This document shows positions 35,326-40,000 of a stretch of 40,000 bases of DNA, one piece after another; the stretch's first letter is position 1, and every line of letters starts with the position of its first letter. Position numbers and translations under genes: made by a program. The notes under the pieces were generated by a model. The model was not told the origin of the DNA and searched no databases. It saw only the letters and a list, made by a program, of their open reading frames with translations. Location of the stretch: NCBI RefSeq assembly GCF_023674465.1, contig NZ_CP098400.1, positions 1,414,801 through 1,454,800 of the forward strand, read 5' to 3'. The stretch is from Xiashengella succiniciproducens (GTDB lineage: Bacteria; Bacteroidota; Bacteroidia; Bacteroidales; Marinilabiliaceae).

Positions 35326-35904
35326 ATGAAATTCGTCTTAACAATATGGTTATTAATCCTTACCCAATTTTGTGGAGCACAGAACGACTTCTACTCTAGA
35401 CTAAGTGGTGCTGCTCTAGAGTTAACAAAACAACAAGTGACGTATGACCCAAGATACTTTTCAATCCCCTACCCCAATGGTGATGTGCCAAGCAACAAAG
35501 GTGTTTGTACTGATGTAATTATCAGGGCATATAGAAAACTGGGCATAGACCTTCAAAAAGAGGTACATGAAGACATGAAGGTTAACTTTTCAGCCTATCC
35601 AAAGAATTGGGGGTTAACAAATACAGACACCAATATTGATCATAGAAGGGTGCCAAATCTTATGGTTTTCTTCTCAAGAAAAGGTATTAAGCTGCCCATT
35701 TCCCAAAAGCCAGAAGACTATCTTCCGGGTGAGATTGTATGCTGGGATCTTGGTGGTGGAATAACACACATCGGTTTCGTGGTAAATGTCAAAGACCTCA
35801 ACTCAGACAGGTATAAAATCGTTCATAATATTGGTGCAGGTCAGGTGGTTGAAGACTGCCTATTCAAATTTAAGATCATAGGTCACTATAGGTACAGTGG
35901 CTAG
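35326..35904 (+). CDS. DUF1287-family secreted protein
   Basis: 192-aa ORF with a signal peptide. It has VTYDPRYFSIPYPNGDVPSNKGVCTDVIIRAYR and NIDHRRVPNLMVFF. Confidence 0.7.
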   Translation: MKFVLTIWLLILTQFCGAQNDFYSRLSGAALELTKQQVTYDPRYFSIPYPNGDVPSNKGVCTDVIIRAYRKLGIDLQKEVHEDMKVNFSAYPKNWGLTNTDTNIDHRRVPNLMVFFSRKGIKLPISQKPEDYLPGEIVCWDLGGGITHIGFVVNVKDLNSDRYKIVHNIGAGQVVEDCLFKFKIIGHYRYSG

Positions 35905-35912
35905 AACAATAC

Positions 35913-36158
35913 GTGTGCTAACAGGTCGGTATATGTCATTGGCTTCTGTGCCGCGAGAATTTTCTGGTTTAAAAAGACTAGTATTGTGGCTGGCGGCACA
36001 GGCTGCCCCGGCTCTCGCCGGGGACCCCCGCTGGTGTCACGGTTTTTGCCAACGCGAGAATAAACAAAACAACATCATAACCCTGCATCGCACCACGAGT
36101 GCAAAAACACGCGCCACCGCGACTCTGCGCCAACGCCACATACCGCCGAACGTTGCCA
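35913..36158 (+). repeat. Integron attC site 21 (long form, 246 bp, paralog of attC12)
   Basis: R'' GTGTGCTAAC (35913-35922) is the reverse complement of GTTAGCACAC at 35311-35320. R' GTTGCCA lies at 36152-36158. The right-hand ~120 bp are almost identical to attC12. Confidence 0.8.
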
Positions 36159-36186
36159 ACCATTTAAAAAAAACTACAGTACTAAT

Positions 36187-37407
36187 ATGAAACAGATTTT
36201 AATAATGGGATTGATATTCATATCCCAGCTTGGATTTTCACAGATAAAGGAATTAAATCCGACATCAACAAGACAATTAGATTTGAGTGTTGCAGGGGAA
36301 AAAGAATTCAATGACAATCTTGAAGCCTGCAAAAAGATTTGGGATAAAATGTCAAATGGTGTAAAATATGACGATTTATCACAGCAAGAAAAAGACGCTC
36401 TTTCTAAAGTTGATGAAACTATGGAAGACTACTGGGATATTATCGGAGGAGGTTGCAGTTGGTATTGTGGAGGAGGCCCGAAAGAGGTTACTGCATCTAG
36501 TTATTTAAAATCACAAGGAGAAAATAATTACGAACCTAAAAATGCACATGATTTAAACTATAAAAATGTTTGGGTTGAGGGTGTTGACGGTTATGGTATT
36601 GGAGAATACCTTTTATATACATTTAGCGGAACTTCCCCAAGAATAAATGAAATAATTGTTGTAAATGGATATGTAAAAAGTAAAACGGCTTGGGAGAACA
36701 ACTCACGAGTTAAAAAACTGAAAGTTTACATTGATGACAAACCATATGCAATACTGAACCTTAAAGATATTCGAGGTTCACAGAGTTTTAAGATTGAGCC
36801 AATAGGGAATAGCGACAGAAAGAATTGGGATATGCTTAAAACAAAACCTGATTGGACTTTGAAATTTGAAATACTGGATGTTTACAAAGGACTAAAATAT
36901 GATGACGTTGTAATTTCAGAAATCTATTTTGACGGACTTGATGTTCATTGTTTTGCAAAAGGCACAGAAATCAAATTAGCCGATAACACCATCAAAAGCA
37001 TTGAAGACTTACAAGTCGGTGATTTGGTTGCTTACATGGATTTTGATACTAAAACTATAAAATCTGCCAAAATTGAGAAAACGGAAAAAGTAATACATCA
37101 TGGACTTGTAACTTACCGATTTGAAAGCGGATTGACAATAACTTCAACTCAAGACCATCCTTTCAAAATTGACAATAAAGGTTGGGCTTCCCTAAAGCCT
37201 GATAAATCAAATCAATACAAAGGATTTGAAAACATTGACAAAATAAAAATTGGTGACTTCTTTATAGCAGAAAACGGAACAGAAAAACTGGTTTCGATTG
37301 ACTATTTAGAAGGAGAACAAGAAACTTGGACGATTTCAAAACTAAGTTCAGGTGATAATTTTATAGCAAACGGACTTATTGTTGGGGTCGAAGAATTAAA
37401 CGATTGA
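36187..37407 (+). CDS. Secreted protein with a glycan-binding-like (discoidin/NADase-type) domain and a C-terminal Hint (bacterial intein-like) domain
   Basis: 406-aa ORF with a signal peptide. It has a central YLLYTFSG...VVNGYVKS...VKKLKVYIDD segment. The Hint domain starts at HCFAKGTEIKLADNT, has a TSTQDHPF block and ends ...FIANGLIVGVEELND. Confidence 0.65.
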   Translation: MKQILIMGLIFISQLGFSQIKELNPTSTRQLDLSVAGEKEFNDNLEACKKIWDKMSNGVKYDDLSQQEKDALSKVDETMEDYWDIIGGGCSWYCGGGPKEVTASSYLKSQGENNYEPKNAHDLNYKNVWVEGVDGYGIGEYLLYTFSGTSPRINEIIVVNGYVKSKTAWENNSRVKKLKVYIDDKPYAILNLKDIRGSQSFKIEPIGNSDRKNWDMLKTKPDWTLKFEILDVYKGLKYDDVVISEIYFDGLDVHCFAKGTEIKLADNTIKSIEDLQVGDLVAYMDFDTKTIKSAKIEKTEKVIHHGLVTYRFESGLTITSTQDHPFKIDNKGWASLKPDKSNQYKGFENIDKIKIGDFFIAENGTEKLVSIDYLEGEQETWTISKLSSGDNFIANGLIVGVEELND

Positions 37408-37416
37408 ACTATAAAC

Positions 37417-37553
37417 GGTTGGCAACATCATGTATAAAATATTGGGGGTTTATGTGTGTATAGGCAACTCCACTCCCCGTAGCAAATTAATTAACGGCAG
37501 ACAATAACGTCGCTCGCAAGCCCCCAACAATTTCATACATGTGACCGTTGTGC
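37417..37553 (+). repeat. Integron attC site 22
   Basis: R'' GGTTGGCAAC (37417-37426) is the reverse complement of GTTGCCAACC at 36152-36161. R' GTTGTGC lies at 37547-37553. It is the intact paralog of the intron-split attC15. Confidence 0.85.
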
Positions 37554-37574
37554 GTCATACAGAGAAAACCACAA

Positions 37575-38069
37575 ATGGAAAGATTTGAGCTAAACAAATA
37601 TGCTGTTGATGGAAGTCCTCTTATTATGATTTTCACTGAAGGTACTATCTTTGGGCCAAAACGTTTTATTGACTTTTTTAATGTGAAAAAATACGTGCCA
37701 ATCAAAAATTGCATTGATAAGATTAAAAAATGGAATAGACAAGGAGCTCAAATCATTTACCTTACTTCGAGAAAAAGTGAAACTTCAGCACAAACCATAA
37801 AAGATTTATTGATAAGATATAAATTTGTTGGTGCTTATTTATATTATAGGACTGGTTCAGATAAGTATAAAGATATTGTAGAATCGCTCAAGCCAGATAT
37901 ATTAATTGAGGACAATTGCAGGAGTATAGGTGGTGCTTGGCAGATGTCAATAACATATGTAGACAAGAATATTAAAGAAAATATTAAATCCATAATTATC
38001 AAAGAATTTAAGGGTATTGATTATTTACCTGATAATTTGATTGATTTGATGAAATATGAAATAAAATAA
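37575..38069 (+). CDS. Hypothetical protein, possibly a HAD-like hydrolase (copy 2)
   Basis: Identical product to 4292-4786. Confidence 0.55.
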   Translation: MERFELNKYAVDGSPLIMIFTEGTIFGPKRFIDFFNVKKYVPIKNCIDKIKKWNRQGAQIIYLTSRKSETSAQTIKDLLIRYKFVGAYLYYRTGSDKYKDIVESLKPDILIEDNCRSIGGAWQMSITYVDKNIKENIKSIIIKEFKGIDYLPDNLIDLMKYEIK

Positions 38070-38076
38070 TGTACGA

Positions 38077-38210
38077 ACGCACAACAAATGGTATAGTGCA
38101 TGCGGGTTTCAGCGGTTTGCGAGGGTTTGTGGCTCGTAAAAAAAGTCGGAGTAAACTGATAGGAAATTGCCTCGTAATCCCGCACGACACCATACCATCA
38201 ACCGTTAGGC
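38077..38210 (+). repeat. Integron attC site 23 (same attC as site 5)
   Basis: R'' ACGCACAAC (38077-38085) is the reverse complement of GTTGTGCGT at 37547-37555. R' GTTAGGC lies at 38204-38210. Confidence 0.85.
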
Positions 38211-38241
38211 AACATTAAAAAAGACACTGCGGAATGACTTG

Positions 38242-39140
38242 TGAATTCAAGCCACTAACGCAATTTTACTTCTTTCTAATTTAAATAATATTTTTGGTAA
38301 TTTGTAATCTAAAGTTTTTCGTGGTCGATTGTTTAATCGGCTCATTATCATGTCCTGCAAATTCTTTCCCATTATCTGCAGTAATTGTTTTGACGCATTC
38401 TTTAATTGGTTTGAACATTGAAATGAGCTCCTTTTTTACGCTATCCGCATCTTTTTTTGACTGAAGCCGACTAAAGTATGTTTAGTTTCCTTTCTACTGC
38501 CGTAACTAGAAACCCTTTATAGTGTGACCCTACCATTAAGTCTATTTCCCAATGTCCAAACTCTTTTTTTTCATCCACTTCTGGAGGTCGTTCATCTATG
38601 GAAACCCTATTTTTTATATGGCCGCGAAGGTCACGTTTACCATAAACTTTCTTGCTTTTGCAAGCTCTACGAAGGTGCTTGTAAAGTAGACCGCCTTCTG
38701 CTTTATCACGCCATATATATTGATAAATAGACTCATGACTAAGCATCTTTTCGCCTTGATTCTGGTAATACCCAAAAATTTGTTCTGGGCTCCAATCCAA
38801 TTGTAATTTTTCATTTATCTTAAATAACAATGCTGCTGAGACTTTTTTGCTTTTAGGCTTATTGACCGCTCTAGCAATAGATTTTTCATGCGCCTGTTTA
38901 GGTCTATAGCCTCTTTCACCTCTATTTCGCTTAATTTCACGGCAAATGGTGGAAGGACTTCTCATTAATTCATCGGCAATCGCTTTTTGTGAAAAACCTG
39001 CCCTTTTCATGGCGTAAATTTGGTATCTTTCTTCTTGGTCTAGTCGTTTCATGCAATCCTCTTATGTTTAGTAATTTAAAAGGTAGCATTTCGGCTAGAC
39101 CTTTTTAATCTAATTAGATTGCGTTAGTGACTTGAATTCA
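38242..39140 (-). mobile_element. IS30-family element, internally deleted (about 0.9 kb)
   Basis: The terminal inverted repeat TGAATTCAAGCCACTAACGCAAT (38242-38264) matches the reverse complement of ATTGCGTTAGTGACTTGAATTCA (39118-39140) with one mismatch. I saw no clear target duplication. Confidence 0.75.
38247..39052 (-). pseudogene. IS30-family transposase, frameshifted and internally deleted
   Basis: The 193-aa N-terminal ORF has HTH regions (QKAIADELMRSPSTICREIKRN). Downstream pieces lie in other frames (...TITADNGKEFAGH, then MSRLNNRPRKTLDYKLP...). The segment between DNGKEF and LNNRPRK, which carries the catalytic E, is missing. Confidence 0.75.
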
Positions 39141-39151
39141 GGACTAATAAA

Positions 39152-40000
39152 ATGGATGAAAAGAAAAAAATATTTGGATTAGAGAAAAATGCTTTTTTCA
39201 CCGGATTAACAAGTTTTTTCACAGACACATCTACCAAAATGGTATATAGTGTGATGCCACTATTCCTATTGTCGATAGGAGCATCAAAAACAACTATCTC
39301 CTTAATTGAAGGGATTGCAGAAAGTACGGCATCATTATTAAAAGCAATTTCGGGGTACTGGAGTGATAAGATTGGTAAAAACAAGCCATTCATGATTATC
39401 GGATATGGTATTACAGCCATTATAACACCTTTATATGCATTAGCAAGAATACCAATTCAGATTTTATTTTTTCGGTTTTTTGAACGCATAGGAAAAGGTT
39501 TAAGAGCGGCACCACGAGATAGCCTTATAAGTGGCTCTATTAAAAAAAATGAAGCTGGTAAAACTTTTGGGTTTCAGAAAGCAATGGATAATAGTGGGGC
39601 TATTGTTGGTCCTTTGATTGCTTTCTTATTGTTATCTATTTTTCCATTAAATTATTCTTACATATTTTTATTAGCAACCATTCCAGCAATTCTTGGTGTA
39701 TTAACGATTATTATTTTCATAAAAGAAGCAAAGGCAGAAAAAAAAGAAACCACCAATAAGATTTCATTAAAACTTTTACCCAAAAAGTTTTATTTCTTTC
39801 TTATTATAATTTTCGTGTTTACTCTTGGTAATTCAGCAGATGCATTATTGCTTGTAAAAACAAGCGAAACAGGTATAGATAAATCATACATTCCTTTTGT
39901 ATATATGATATTTAATACAGTATCTGTTTTGCTGGCCATACCGATTGGAAAATTATCGGATAGAATTGGTCGTGAAAAATTGATTATTCTGGGTTTTATA
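39152..40000 (+). CDS. MFS transporter (partial; continues beyond the window)
   Basis: Not in the ORF track because no stop is reached. The frame is open from the ATG at 39152 for 283 codons to the window end. It has multiple TM helices and MFS-like loops (GYWSDKIGKNKP, FERIGKGLRAAPRDS, GKLSDRIGREK). Confidence 0.75.
   Translation, partial: MDEKKKIFGLEKNAFFTGLTSFFTDTSTKMVYSVMPLFLLSIGASKTTISLIEGIAESTASLLKAISGYWSDKIGKNKPFMIIGYGITAIITPLYALARIPIQILFFRFFERIGKGLRAAPRDSLISGSIKKNEAGKTFGFQKAMDNSGAIVGPLIAFLLLSIFPLNYSYIFLLATIPAILGVLTIIIFIKEAKAEKKETTNKISLKLLPKKFYFFLIIIFVFTLGNSADALLLVKTSETGIDKSYIPFVYMIFNTVSVLLAIPIGKLSDRIGREKLIILGFI

Noticed and set aside
401-38210. Regularly recurring repeats considered as a CRISPR array.
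   Set aside because: The repeats are about 130-bp imperfect palindromes of several sequence families, separated by 0.5-2 kb of protein-coding DNA. They are not short identical direct repeats with 30-40 bp spacers.

Overview
Almost the whole window (1 to about 38210) is one integron-type gene-cassette array from an AT-rich genome. The host looks like Bacteroidota (TAnnTTTG promoter-like boxes, no obvious Shine-Dalgarno sequences, Bacteroidota-typical gene families). I identified 23 attC-like recombination sites, all in one orientation, with cassette ORFs on the + strand. Nineteen sites are intact, two are split by insertions (an ISL3-family IS and a group II intron), one has a mutated crossover triplet, and one is only a right-end remnant. 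The main evidence is direct. In all 21 testable cassettes, the 8-10 bp ending in AAC at the left end of the attC is the reverse complement (0 or 1 mismatch) of the GTT... sequence that opens that same cassette. Two perfectly duplicated cassettes also lose identity exactly at the GTT core. No integron integrase (intI) lies in the window; by cassette polarity it would be upstream of position 1, or the array is an orphan attC cluster. Cargo includes two toxin-antitoxin pairs, a CopB-type P1B ATPase, an ArsR-MerTP-GDCCVxC metal module, a TlpA-like thioredoxin lipoprotein, an M28 peptidase, a J-domain protein, a PNPOx/Nim-like protein, DUF1287 and DUF1593-like proteins, a Hint/BIL-domain protein, an HEPN-like gene with an in-frame TAG, and a PrrC/RloC-like ABC-type ATPase. 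The array is heavily invaded by mobile DNA. There is an IS110-family element next to an attC core, an IS4-family and an ISL3-family element both inside the ATPase gene, and a second identical ISL3 copy inside an attC. There is also a class-C-like group II intron inside an attC, a decayed tyrosine-recombinase/IS91-like module carried as an antisense cassette, a G+C-rich island with an unusually long tyrosine recombinase, and a deleted IS30-like element. A partial MFS transporter gene runs off the right edge. All calls come from reading the sequence and ORF translations; no database search was possible.
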